Notes: generated from the sequence alone by a model not told the origin. DNA of 64,000 nt from the human T2T-CHM13v2.0 reference genome, Homo sapiens (GCF_009914755.1 NC_060927.1); one strand, 5' to 3'; positions 13,414 to 28,355 are shown, counted from the stretch's first letter. Program-made: numbers and translations.

Positions 13414-16400
13414 ATAGGATACTCAGCATTTCAAACAACAAGACTGGATGAAGACAGCATGAGGCCAACTGAATATGCATCCCCCCACTTTTTTGTAGTT
13501 TACTTGAAAGGCAAAAATCTTTCATTGTGTCAATGTTACATAAAAATTGTTTTCAAAAGGGAAAACCAAATTTCATGTTTGCATTACTGCATCTTTAATA
13601 ATAACACTTCATTTTCATAAAATTTCAGAAATCTGTCCAGTTTTAATTCATTTGACCATAAAGTAAGATTTTCATAAAACTTTTAGAACCCTTTACAGTT
13701 TTCTGTTAAACAGCAGATCAGTTTTCTAAGAAAACCCTGTTATTCAGACACATGGGCCCAGATTCTGGTCCTGCATCAGTGTGCTTTTATTTAAATGTTC
13801 AACCTACAGAAAAAAGAAACTAAATAATCCCCTTCAAATCTTAGCTAGCTTGCTTATACCCACAGAACTTTTTTTTTTTTTTTTTTTTACAAGATCAAAC
13901 TATCACAAACCCTTTTCAACTTGCTTACACCTTCAGTTTTGTCCCATTACTCTTTCAGGTTAAGACAATCTTTAAAACCCTCTGAATTAGACAAAATTAC
14001 ATCCCCTTTAACAGAAACCATATTCCCATGCCTTCTTATAATCACCCACCAAAACCATATTCTACTTTCCTTCTATACCTTGCAACTTTGTACGTAAAAC
14101 TCTTTCCCTAGTAGTCTCAACTACATGTTAAAATGGTCACTCTTAGCAACTTTTATTTTGGTGAAAAACCTGATAAATTAGCAATTTTAATTATGTACTA
14201 GGTGTGGAGACTAGGACATCAGACAGAAGTGCAGACAAGGTCTGACTCTTTCCAGCATAGCCAGAGAACATGGCTAACTCCACATGTCCCCAGGCCTTAT
14301 CTAGAACTAATGCTACAAAGTAGGTAAATTAAACAATTTTCAAAAGTCAAAGAAGCAGTTTATGACCTTAAAGCACATAGCAAATCTGATATCTGGCCTT
14401 AATTCAGACCAAATGTCTAAATTTTGAAGACGCTTTTGTTTTACCAATAGGCTTTAAAACTGTCTTTATTCCCAAACGATTACTTAAGTCATGTGAACAA
14501 ACAGGCATTAAAGTTTCTATTTTTCTGCTGATATATGATTTAAGCACTTATCTTTCCAAGACAATTAATCAGAGCTCTTTTATATATAAACACCACACAG
14601 ACAACACATATAAATACACAGACAGACGGAAGATCCAGTAGTTGTAAGATTTTTCATTTACTTGTTTCTTAGTTGCATTACTGGCTTCAGGGTGGAGCTC
14701 TTAGAGGAACAGGGCCAGGAAAGCTTGCAGTTTCTAGGTCCTAATAAGCAGGCACAGCTGGAAGGCAAAAACAGATCCCCCAAATTAAGGGTGTCATTTT
14801 ATGATGAATCCTTTGTCCCGCAAAAGGAGAGGGATACTATGGGAGAAGATAGTGTAATGCTTCTATGGTGCATTTCATTGCAAGGCATCCCAAAGCCAAT
14901 CAGCCCATTTTGTAATCAGCCAATCCCCCATGGAGGTCTCACCTCTCAATGGGTGGTGAGGACGTTTCCATGTCTTCTGGGTGGCCAAGAGCATGCTTCT
15001 CTAATCCAAGCGTGCAAAAAGCCAAGTATTTCTCCTCAACTGCCATTAGCCATCCCTTAAAATATATTTCCTACCTAGTTGTTAGACACCAAGGCTAAAA
15101 GCTCTCCCATAATGCAAAATAATTTCTGATACCCCCCAAAAGTTAAAAAAGTCAGCTAATGCAGTGTGAAACAGAACAAAGCCTTAGATTTTAGAGGGAT
15201 CTATTTTCTCTCAATTCCTGGGGTTCCATGAGGAAAATGGAGGTTTTTCCTAAAATGGGGTCTGTGGCACCTTCTCTGCTTTTCCCCAGGAGTCCCAGGC
15301 TGTTAGAGTTTATCTTAAGTTCTCTCATGTTGACATCAAGAGTGGCAAGAAGACTAAACTGGGAAAAACAATTCAGTCAACTGAAAAGGAAAACCTTTTC
15401 TTTCCTTCAGAAAAATAAGATCCAAGAAGAGAAAAAACATAAAGGTCTTTTAAATATATGTACAGCTTGGATATCTTATTTTAATTAAGCTGATTTTAAC
15501 TACAGAGCTTTTTTTTCTTTACAAAAAATCCTTTTAAATTTCTTATTGCCAGACTCTAGCCAGGATAGCCAATATTTCCGGCTTTTGAATTCTACCACAG
15601 AAAACCCTCCACATAAAATTAATAAGTTTTAAATAAGGTTATAACTTAACCATGAAGGCATAAGGTAAAGTGTCTCAAAGAGATAGTAAGTGGTTTCTTT
15701 CTTCTTTTTCTTTTCTTTCTTTCTTTCTTCTTTCCTTTTTTTTTTTTTTACAAGAATTAGATTCTCTTCAAAGGTTAGAGAGAGGAAGGAGAAAGGAAAA
15801 TAAAGACAGGGAATCAGAAGCGGCCCATGAGGGAAAAGAATCAATAAATGGCAAAAATTTACTCAAATAACAAACTAGAAAGTACTCACTCCCTAAGCCA
15901 AGAATTGAACCTAGGCTACCATGGTCAAAGACAAAATCTTAGCTACTGAGTTACAGCATTGAGCAGTTTCTATTGCTCTTCTGAGAAGGTGCCTAGAAGC
16001 CAATTTAGAGCTTGCAAAGGCTCTTAAATGCTCAAGATAATTTTTAGGGATAACTATGACATGAACCCCCAAATTTCTGTCCTATTGATGGCAGAAACCA
16101 AGGCTTCAGCAGGCTTATAGGGATCCTAAATCCACGTCCTATCCTGTGATGCCCCTCTCTCCATTACAGAATGACACAAAAAGACAAATTCTTAGTACAA
16201 AGCACACCAGATTTGTTATAGCTTAAGACTAGTCTCACAGATCCTTTCTTCTATTAATCAAATGCTTGCAAAGGAGACAAATAGTGATGTTTACCATTTA
16301 CACATGAATACACAAACAGAGAGTGTGAGAGACTAGAAACTTGATTGGTAAGAATTTCATACCCTTTTTGCTAGCATACCAGGTTTCCAGGTTCCCTTTC

Positions 16401-17565
16401 TCTGCAGCTTCCAGAAGAATGGAGCGGCTTTTGAGACATTTCTCACTGCGCCATAGTTGTGGGGGTCAAGCCACTTTACAAAAAAAAAATCACCCTTATC
16501 TGTTTTACGGAACCATAGGCAAGAGATTCTCAATTTTGCAAGATGCTCCCAACAGGCTACATGGGGAACCAAATTAACATTTTCCATCCCAGCCAAAGCA
16601 AAATACACATGACAAAACAGACATTAATCACCTCATTCAGCAACCAATATTGACCAGGCAAGGCTCAGGCTTTCTCCTATTGGTCCCTGTTGTCTTTGAT
16701 CCATTCCAAGTAGGGAGGGATGACCTCCAACCGATAATTCAATGGGTGGTCTCTGGGCAACATGAAGAGTGAATAGTCACCCCAAATCAGCCCTGTTGAG
16801 CTTTCCTCAGGACTCACCAAATGTGACCAGAAAAATAAGGAGGATTCTCTGAGTTAGGCCTGCTAGACTTCTGTCAGCAATTCCTTCTGACACACACAAA
16901 GACAAGATGGACAGAAAGCCTTCCAAATCAAGATCCCTAACCAAGAACTCCCAAGAGTATCCCTTCCAAACCATCTTCCTATTCTCCATCTAAGAAATCT
17001 CTCCAAGATCATCCTGATTGGGGAGAAGTCTCCCAAACCAAGACTCTTCCTACTAATTAGGGAGAGCCAATCAAGACCCCCAAAGGAGTTGAACCAAGAC
17101 AGAGACCCTGCAGTGGGGCTACAGACAGGCACCCCACCATGGGGCTACAGAAAAACCGAGACCCCTGAAGGAGTCAAACCAATTGGGAGCAGGAAGGAGG
17201 CATTGGCAGCACCTGGGATACTCACCAAACTAGACACCTCATAATGGGGCTACACCTACAGACACTCCATGACTGGGATACAGACAGACACCCTATTTTA
17301 TGACTACAGTTACAGACACCTTGCTATGTAGCTATAGACAGATACCCTATGACAGGGCTAGTTATGGGACATCTCCCCAGGACTCTTTCTCTATTGCAAT
17401 TAAATTCATGCACATTGGGTTGGCAGCACTGCAGTACCAGAGTCAGCCTCCAGTCCAAGAGAACTATGTGGCCGTTTGGGCTGGCCTCTGTATCCATTGC
17501 TGGAGGGGAGCTACTGAACCACAGGCAGGTAGCCACAGGGGCAATCCCAGATAAGCCCCCAGATT
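13414..17565 (-). mobile_element. HUERS-P1/MER4-group ERV1 internal sequence (leader, gag-like remnants, AT-rich region)
   Basis: Adjacent to PBS-Pro and LTR8; ~26-30 bp leader repeats (cagacaccc...atggggctaca) at ~17090-17370; MER4-int-like motifs. Confidence 0.8.
17544..17561 (-). other. Primer binding site, tRNA-Pro
   Basis: Minus strand TGGGGGCTTATCTGGGAT vs canonical TGGGGGCTCGTCCGGGAT (differences at CpG positions), 4 nt from the LTR end. Confidence 0.9.
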
Positions 17566-17730
17566 TGTAATCTTCCAATGGGTTCACCTTGCCCACTGCC
17601 CGGACAGAGCCAGTTTATCAAGACAGAGGAATTGCAATAGAGAAATAGTAACTGCAAAAGAGAAAGAGTAATTCTCTATCTCTCATCTGTGAGGAAGACT
17701 TGAGTTTTATTATTACTCAAATCAGTCTCC
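17566..17730 (-). mobile_element. LTR8 R-U5 portion only (U3 missing)
   Basis: tgtaatcttccaatgggttcaccttgcccactgcc...gagttttattattactcaaatcagtctcc matches the recalled LTR8 3' end; stops abruptly at the TSD. Confidence 0.85.
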
Positions 17731-18053
17731 AAACTGGGTAATTTATAAAGAAAAGAGGTTTAATTGGCTCACAGTTCTGCATGGCTGGGGAGGCCTCTGG
17801 AAACTTACAATCATAATGGAAGGTGAAGGAGAAGCAAGTTCCTTCATAAGGCAGCAGGAGAATGAGGGCATACCGGGGCAACTGCCACTTTTAAAACCAT
17901 GAGATCTCATGAGACGTCCCTCACTATCCCTAGAAGAGGATGGGGAAAACCACCCCTATGATCCAATCACCTCCCACCAGCTCCCTCCCTCAACACATGG
18001 GAATTACAATTTGAGATGAGATTTGGGTGGGGACACAGAGGCAAATCATATCA
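17731..18053 (-). mobile_element. THE1D/MSTA-like LTR, right piece
   Basis: aaactgggtaatttataaagaaaagaggtttaattggctcacag...gcaaatcatatca, followed by TSD CTACC (18054-18058). Confidence 0.9.
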
Positions 18054-18639
18054 CTACCTGACCAATTGACTGCTCCACATCTACTATACATCTATTTCTC
18101 TTAATCTATGTCACAAATGTTCATGTCTATATTAAATGTCCCAACCCTGTCCAAAAAGGGAGACAAGTGAACTCTTAGCTAATGGTAAAGTCAAGATCTC
18201 TGGATGATGTGTAAATCATCTTAGTCAATTCCAATTTTAGATCCTCCTACTTTTCTATGTGTGGATAATTGATACGTGTATCTATTCTCCAAACACTTAA
18301 TATAAGATTAATAAAAAAGAACATGATTACTGCAATAAAATTGGGACTAGAAGAAAAAGTATATGGATTATTACAGGGTTATATGATATGTAGTGTTCTT
18401 CTAGGAAGGAATCACAATGAATCACTGCCCTGGGGGAGGACTGCGTTACTGGGTCAGCTAGTTTGGGCAGCCCCCAGGTCTATTCTTGGACGAATCTTCC
18501 TCATCCATGGTCTTCTATTCCTGCATTTGAGGCAATTATTGAACATGGTCTAAGTAGACAGAGATCATAAACCAGAACTTTTCAACCCATTTTGTAACCT
18601 TTCTGATACTTCATCAGGTAGCTCACAAGCCCCTTTCCC

Positions 18640-18770
18640 TCTATTTGACTCCAAGCTCTTTGAGGGGAGAGACTATGTTTTACTTACCATTTGTCTCCAA
18701 CATAAAGTACTGCGATGGTTATAAAATTAGCACTTAATAAATGCGGTAAGAATCAATTAGTGAATGGGAC
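18640..18770 (+). mobile_element. L2 3' end fragment
   Basis: gactccaagctctttgaggggagagactatg...agcacttaataaatgc...gaatg. Confidence 0.6.
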
Positions 18771-20980
18771 TGATAAAGTGATTGACTAACAGAACTAGAC
18801 AGGCTCCTGGGAAATGACCTGGTCCTTTTCAGAAAAATAATTACCTAAATAAGAATAATAGCAGGCCAAAATAATTATTTATTTTATGCAATACAAAGTT
18901 TGTTATGTTTTATTTCACATAGGATTGAATTTTCTTCTGGGATTACTATGTTTATTAAATAGAAAAATCTTGCAGAAGAGTCCAAATCAGATTCCTATAT
19001 AAAAAATATTGACGATTTTTAACTACCTCTTTGGAAATACATGTACTTTTTATTCCCAAGTCAATCAAACATCTGAAATCATATAAAGATTTAATCACCT
19101 ACATCTCCATGGGGCTATTGAATTTAGTTGGTGTTTTTGAAATCACCTTTTCCCCCTTGATTGCAATAATTTGCAAAGCAATTGCCTATTTATAAATTCT
19201 ATTATATACATTGCTTATTTATTTTTTATTCTTTCTACAAAGGCCAGAGCAAACCGAATAAGATAGTTATCTTCTTCATTATTTTAATATCTCTATACCT
19301 GAGAGAGGAGGCTGGATGTTGGCAGGAATGGCCTTTGGACAATGGCCAATTTAATCTGGTCCTCTCTGGACTTGTTAACAATTACAAGACCCACTAGGAT
19401 ATCACTAATGTTGTGGAAATATTTGTGTAGTTAATTTCATAATTTTTATTATTTTTTGAGTAATTTGTTGCCTCTGAAACAAACTATTCTAAATGGTGTT
19501 TCACAAACTTCAGTTGTTTATGAATTATGTTTATGGTTTTTGCAAAATTCTGAAGACCATCATATCTTTATTTTTTTAAACCCAATTCACATTTTTACTT
19601 AAATATTATTTAAGAAATATTTTTCTTATTACCAAAATGTGAAAACATCCTTTTTAAAAATATCTTCTTTCATAAACAGACTGTAATCACAAATTCAATA
19701 TAAGCAAATAAAAATCATTAAATCATAACTAGGTATTTGTATTAGTACATTCTTGCATTGCTGAAAAGAAATACCTGAGACTGGATAAATTACAAAGAAA
19801 AGAACTTTAATTGGCTAATGGTTCTGCAGGTTGTACAGGAAGCACAGCAGCATCTGCTTCTAGGGAGACCTCAGGAAGCAGAAGCAGAATCATAGCAGAA
19901 AGGAACAGGGGAGCAGGCACATTACCTGGCAAAAGCAGGAGCAAAGAGTGGGGGACAGTGCCACACAGTTTTATACCAACAGATCTCATGATAACCCACT
20001 CACTACTATGAGGACAGCACCAAGGGATGGTGTTAAACCATTCATGAGAAATCCCCCCCCATGATCCAATCACCCCCTACCAAGCCCCCCGTCAAACATT
20101 AGGGATTACATTTCAACATGAGATTTGGGTGGGAACACACATCTAAACATATAATTCCATCCCTGGCCCCTCCCGAATCTAATGTTCTTCTCATATTTCA
20201 AAATACAATCATGCTTTCCAGTAATCCCCCCAAATCTTAATTCATTCCAGTGTTAACTCAAAAACCCAAAGTCCAGTCTTAGCCAAGACAAGGCAAATTC
20301 CTTCTTCCTATGAGCCTGTAAAATAAGAAACAAGTTAGTTACTTCTAAGATACAATGAGAGTACAAACAGGTAAACATTCCCATTCCAAAAGGAAGAAAT
20401 TGAGCAAAAAAGGGGCTACAGGAACATGCAAGTTCAAAATCCAGCAGAGCAGTCATTAAATCTTAAGGCCCCCAAATAATCTCATTTGACTCCATGTACC
20501 ACATCCAGGCCACACTGATGCAAGGGGTGGGCTCCCAAGGCCTTGGGCATCTCTGCTTCTGTGGCGTTGCAGGGTTCAATCCCTGCAGCTGCTCTCATGA
20601 ACTGGCATTGAGTGCCTGCAGCTTTTCCAGGAACAGGGTACAAGCTGCTGGTGGAGCCACCATTCTGGGGTCTTGTGGATGGTGGCCCTCTTTTCACAAC
20701 TCCACCAGGAAGTAACACACTGGGGACTTTGTGTGGGAGCTCCAACCCCACATTTCCTGTCTCCACACTGCCCTAGTAGAGGTTCTCCATGAGGGTTCTG
20801 CCCCTGCAGCAGGCTTCTGCCTGGACATCCAGGCTTTTCTATATATCCTCTGAAATGTAGGCAGAGGCTCCCAAGCCTCAACCCCTGTGTACTCTGTGCA
20901 CCCACAGACTTAACACCATGAGGAGACCACCAAGGCTTACAGCTTGTACCCTCTGAAGCAGCTGTCCAAGCTGTACATGA

Positions 20981-21284
<304 letters not shown>

Positions 21285-21644
21285 ACATGAGCCATTTTAA
21301 GAAGTGACTAGAGCTAGAGTGACCAGGATATGTGGAGAAGTGTCCTAAGGCTGTGTGGGGCAGCAGATCCCTGGGCCTGGCTCATGAAACCATCCTTTCC
21401 TCTTAGGGCCCTGGGTCTGTAATGGGAGGGGCTGCCTTGAAGTTCTCCAAAATGCCCTTGAAGCCTTCCCTGCCTCTCCCATTGTCTTAGCTATCAGCGC
21501 TTGGCTTCTTTTTAGTTATGCAAATATCTCTAGCAAGTGGTTGCTCCACAGCCTACTTGAATTCCCCTCCCAAAAAAGCTTTTTCTTTCTCTCCCACATG
21601 GTCAGGTTGCAAATTTTCCAAACCTTTATGCTCTGCAACCCTTT

Positions 21645-22943
<1,299 letters not shown>

Positions 22944-23914
22944 TTAGAAATTTCTTCTGCCGGATACCTTAGGTCATCACTCTCAAGTTCAAACTTCCAC
23001 AGATCCCTAGGGCATGGACACAACGTAGTCAAGTTCTTTTCTAATGCGTAACAAAAGTGACCTTTGCTATAGTTCCCAATACATTCCTCATCTCTATCTG
23101 AGACACCGTCAGCATTGCCTTCACTGTCCATATCACTATCAGCATTTGGTCACAACCATTCAACCAGTCTCAAAGAAATTCCAAACTTTCCTAATCTTCT
23201 GTGTTTTCTTCTGAGACCTCCAAACTCTTCCAACCTCTGCCCATTACCCAGTTCTAAAGTCACTTCCACATTTTCAGGAATCTTTATAGCGATTCCACAA
23301 CCCTCAGTACTAATTTTCTGTATTAGTTCATTCTTGCATTGCTAAAATATCTGAGACTGGATAAATTATAACATAAAGAGATTAAATTGGCTCACGGTTT
23401 CACAGGCTGTACAGGAAACAGCAGCATCTTCTTCTGGCAAGGCGTCAGGAAGCTTCCAATCGTGGCAGAAGGCAAAGGGGGAGCAGGCACATCACATGAC
23501 AAAAGGAGGAGCAAGAGAGAGAGTGGGGAGTTGCCACGCACTTTTAAACAACCAGCTCTCACAGTAACTCACTCACTATCATGAGGACAGCATCAGGGGA
23601 TGATGTTAAACCATTCGTTGAAATCTGCCCCCACGATTCAGTCACCTCCCACCAGGCCCTGCCTTCAACATTGTGGATTACATTTCAACATGAGATCAGG
23701 GCAGGGAAACACATCCAAACTATGTCAGTATTGTTTACTACTAAAGTATGGGAGCTTGAGATATAATTAAAAAATAAAGATTAGCTCATGTTAGACAGAT
23801 GTTAAATAATATTTAGTCTTAAATTGAAACTTCCTCTTTGACATCGTTGGGCTTGAAAGAAAAGAAAATAAAGTTCTCACTATCTAAATTCATGTTATTT
23901 TTTACTGTGTCCTT

Positions 23915-24336
23915 TGATATGGTTTGGATCTGTGAACCCACCCAAATCTCATGTTGAATTGCAATCCCTAGTGTTGGAGGTGAGGCCTGGTCAGAGGTGA
24001 TTGAATCACGGGATGGGTTTCTCATGAATGATTTAGCACCATCCTCTAGGTGATATTTTCAAGATAGTGAGTGAGGGATTGTGAGACCTGGCTGTGTAAA
24101 CGTGTGTAGCACCTCCCCCCAGCTCTCTTCCTCCTGTGCTAGTCATGTAAAGTGTCTAACTCCCCCTTTGCCTTCTGCCAGGCTTGAAAGTTTCCTGAGG
24201 CCTCCCTGGAAACTGAGCAGATGCTGCCATGCTTTCTGTACAGCCTGCAGAACCATGAACCAATTAAACCTCTTTTCTTTATAAATTACCCAATCTCAGG
24301 TATTTCTTTACAGCAATACGAGAATGGACTAATACA
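23915..24336 (+). mobile_element. MST solo LTR
   Basis: tgatatggtttggatctgtg...gagaatggactaataca; TSD TCCTT/TCCTG. Confidence 0.92.
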
Positions 24337-24737
24337 TCCTGTTATCAAATATCATGTCCAATGTTACCTAAAGCCCTTTCTAATGCCAATATCATTCCTG
24401 TTTCCCAATTTTGGGAAATAGCATTCTGAAGAGATATTTTTTGTATACATTGTACACAGTAGAAAATTGTATGTGTATCTATGTATGTATGTATGTGTGT
24501 GTATATGCATGCAATGTGTTTGTACTATAAGGATGTAAGACGTCTAAAGCTTATAGCTTGTATAAATGTAAAAATATTCTTACAGAGTTAGACCAACACC
24601 CTCAAATGAAATGTTATGTAAACTATATTTTGTATAAATATTTTCCTCAGCTTTCTGACTTAACTGATTGGTTTTTACTGAAATAACTTTATAGTCTCGT
24701 ATCAGGAATAATAGGATTTTCTCATTTTCTTATTACC

Positions 24738-25585
24738 AAAAAAACAAAACATAACAAATGCTGGTGGTGGAGAGAAGAAATCTCTTTTACAATGTTAGTG
24801 GAAATGTAAATTACTAAAGCCATTGTGGAAAACATTATGTAGTTTTCTTAAAAAATTAAAAATAGAACTATCATACAGTCTAGCAATTTCACTACTATTT
24901 GCTTCAAAGGACAGAAAAAATATATATCACAGGGATATATGCACTCCTGTGTTTATTGTAGCACTACTCATAATAGCCAAGATAAGGAATCAACCTAAGT
25001 GTCCATTAAATGATGAATGGAGAAACAATATATGATCTATATAATAATGGAGTACTATTCGGACATAAGAATGAAATCTTGTCATTTGCAGTAACATTGA
25101 TGGAACTGGAGGCCATTATGTTAAATGAAATAAGGAAGGCACAGAAAGACAAATATTGCATATTCTCACTCATAGGTGGGAGCTAAACAATTTTGATCTC
25201 ATGGAGATAGGGAGTAGAATGATGGTTGCTAGAGGCTAAAAAGGGTAGTGGGGAGCAGGGGATAAAGAGGGGGTGGTTAATGGGCACAAAGATAGAGTTA
25301 GATAGAAGGAGCAAGATCCAGTGTTTGGTAGCATAATAGAGAGACTACAGTTACTACCATAATAGAGAGACTACAATAAATTACAATCATTTATTATCTA
25401 TTTCAAAATAGCTAGAAGAGATTTGAAATGTTCCCAACACAAAGAAATGATAAATGTTCAAGGCGATGAGTATCCTGAATACCCTCATTTAATCATTACG
25501 CCCTTTATGCATGTATCAAAATATCAAGTGTTTTTACAAATATATACAATTATTATGTATCAATAAAAAGTGAAAAATAAAAAAG
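24738..25585 (+). mobile_element. L1MA-type 3' end
   Basis: ORF2 tail remnant (ICTPVFIVALLIIAKIRNQPKCP) and L1MA 3'UTR ending aattattatgtatcaataaaaa. Confidence 0.85.
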
Positions 25586-25719
25586 GAAAGATTTGCCCAT
25601 GTTCAACTGAGACAACAAACTTTAAGTTAATTCCGATTTTTGTTTTATTAACTTCCGCCCCTGGGTCTCTCCTTTATTTCCTTCCTCCCCTTTGACTCAG
25701 ACCCTAATGTATTCCCCAC

Positions 25720-26350
25720 TCGACAGTCAGAATGATCTTTTATGAAATCAGATAAAAATCTTGGCTCTGCTTTAAAACCTTCCATGAGTTTCCTGTGCAG
25801 ATCAGAATAATATTTCACATGCATGCCTAGACTTGAAGCTCTTCCATGGTTGGCCTGCTTCTTACCTCCATTGAGTCTCTCTCCTCTAGCTCACAAGTGG
25901 AGTCACACTAGCTTCCGTTTTGTTTTTCATACATGCTAGGCTTTTTCCTGTTTTAGGTCTTTTCCACTTACTGTTTTTCTTTTCTCCCTGGAATTCTCTT
26001 CCTCTGAGGTTTTACTTAGCTGATTCTTTATCTTCCTTAAGTCTTGAGTTAAATGTCTTTTAGGTTGTCCCTGTATACCCTTTATAAGTGGATCATCCCC
26101 TTACGTGGTATTCTCTACCTATTTCCTCCTTATGCTTGGTAGGTTGGAATTATATATGTGTCTCTTGTTTATTTTCTACTTCCCTATAAGAGTCTAAGTT
26201 CTATGAGGGCAAGGCTTATGGTTATTTGCATACACTGTCTCAGTATTATCCTTGGTATACAGAAGTACTCAGTAAATATGCATATATATATACACATCTA
26301 TCTATCTATGTAGATATATAGATATCTACATATGTAGATATAGTAAATGA
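25720..26350 (+). mobile_element. L2 fragment
   Basis: cagaatgatctttta...taagttctatgagggcaagg...agtactcagtaaatat. Confidence 0.7.
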
Positions 26351-26980
26351 ATCCTCTTCAAAGAGTTGTTTTATTTGTTTCATTGGCTTCCCTGATTATA
26401 AACTCACTTTTCAATAGTTTGTTAAGATAGGAGTGTGTGCCACGTTTAGCATTCAGAAAGATTTGAGTAAGCAATTGAATAAACAGCTTCCCCTAGTTTG
26501 TAATAATCCTTAAAACATTGTAGTGACTGAGCATAAGGGGCACCATAAGCATCAAAGAGAGATGAATTTGTAGCATCAAAGGCAAGCCAGCAATACTGTT
26601 TTAAATCTTCTTCTAATGACCTCCTTATAATTATGAATCCCTAAGAAGAAATTCAGCTGCTTTCTATGTCTGGAAGTCTGCTTAACTATGCTTAATTCTT
26701 TTGCTTTGGCTCATCTCCAAACTCTGTAACTTTCTTTGCCTAACTAGAATTGCATTTGGACTTTGGGAGGAAACAGTTATTGTTATGCATTTGTAGGTGT
26801 GAGCACCAGCTGCTTGTGGAAATTCCAATTCATTATACATTCGATTTTATAAAAGAATAAGCAAAACTTTGAAAGTATGGCTTTAGTCCTTACAGTTGAA
26901 ACTCAAGTATATTATTGATTTATTGTGGAAATATTAAACAATTGGCCAAAATTTTGATGTGTCCATTACTTCATTAATAA

Positions 26981-27330
<350 letters not shown>

Positions 27331-27429
27331 TAATATTTCTGAAAACCATCTCCAAATACACATAATGAATATTTTTGTAGAACACATACATACACACTGG
27401 GGACTTTTTTCACATTTTGCATTTATAAT

Positions 27430-27855
27430 TGTGGCAGATACTGCCAGCTGACCACTAATAATTTCTTCATCCCTTCCATAGTATGGAGATGTTGCTGGAC
27501 AATGGCTGCCCCTTCAAGGACTATTATTTCCCAGCCTCTCCCCCTTGCATCCAGGTAGACCCTGTTACCGATGCATGTCTACGTTACCTCTAGGAGACAG
27601 GTAAGGTTGCAATATGTAATCCTCAGTGTTCCCTTCCCTCAGGACTGCTGGTTGGGTAACACTGATGCGTCTTTGCTCTAGCCAAACAATGTAATATGGG
27701 GTTCCTGAATCACAGCCTGTGAACAAGATGCTCTGGAGAAGGAACATCTGCTTTGAACTTCACATAAATGAGAAATACACTTTCAGTTTGTTATGCAACT
27801 GAGATTCTGAGTTTGTCTGTTACAACAGTTGCAATATTTACCCTGATGAATGTAA
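27430..27855 (+). mobile_element. MLT1-family LTR
   Basis: tgtggcagatactg...atttcccagcctctcccccttgcatccagg...gagaaatacactttc...tttgtctgttacaacag. Confidence 0.65.
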
Positions 27856-28046
27856 TGTAAATTTATCAAATAAACTCTATAAATATATAAGTGTAACATA
27901 TCTGCATACATTATTACAGAGCTAGTTCAGCACTCATTTTACACATGAGAAACCTGAAGAAAAAGAGACCTTGAAGAGTTAAGCAAACTCAGATTATAAA
28001 ATACATTACTTAACAGCTAAACTAATTCTAGTGCTTATTCCATTAT

Positions 28047-28276
28047 AGCAGGAGTGGACACAGTATGGCCCTCAGGCCAAATCAGGTCCACTGCCTATTA
28101 TTTAGAAAAAATAACGTTTACTGTAACCCAGTCACAATCATTCATTTACATATTGTTTAAGACTGCCTTTTTTGCAACAATAGCAGAGTTAAGTAGCTGC
28201 AACAGAGGTCATATGACGAGTAAAGCTTAAAATATTTACTGTCTGACTTTTTACAAAAAAGGTGGCTGACCCATGC
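28047..28276 (+). mobile_element. MER58A-like hAT-Charlie MITE
   Basis: tatggccctcaggccaaatcaggtccactgcct...taaaatatttactgtctgactttttacaaaaaaggtggctgaccc. Confidence 0.8.
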
Positions 28277-28355
28277 ATTGTACTGTATGTCCACGGGCTT
28301 TCCAGGTTAATTCTGCATACGGGACATAATAAAAAGGTAGGCTCTAATTTTATAT

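Larger units (their letters stand above)
12259..17730 (-). pseudogene. Retroposed (processed) chimeric LTR8/HUERS-P1-L1PB transcript
   Basis: Flanked by perfect 14-bp TSD AAACTGGGTAATTT (12245-12258 and 17731-17744); short poly(A) at the 3' end (T-run 12256-12267); 5' end lies inside LTR8 with U3 absent. Confidence 0.8.

Noticed and set aside
17090-17370. Spaced ~26-30 bp repeats (cagacaccc...atggggctaca) resembling a CRISPR-like array
   Set aside because: These are degenerate tandem repeats in an ERV leader, in primate DNA, with no unique spacers and no cas genes.
25332-25376. Tandem duplication of cataatagagagactaca in L1MA
   Set aside because: It is an ordinary slippage duplication in a dead element.
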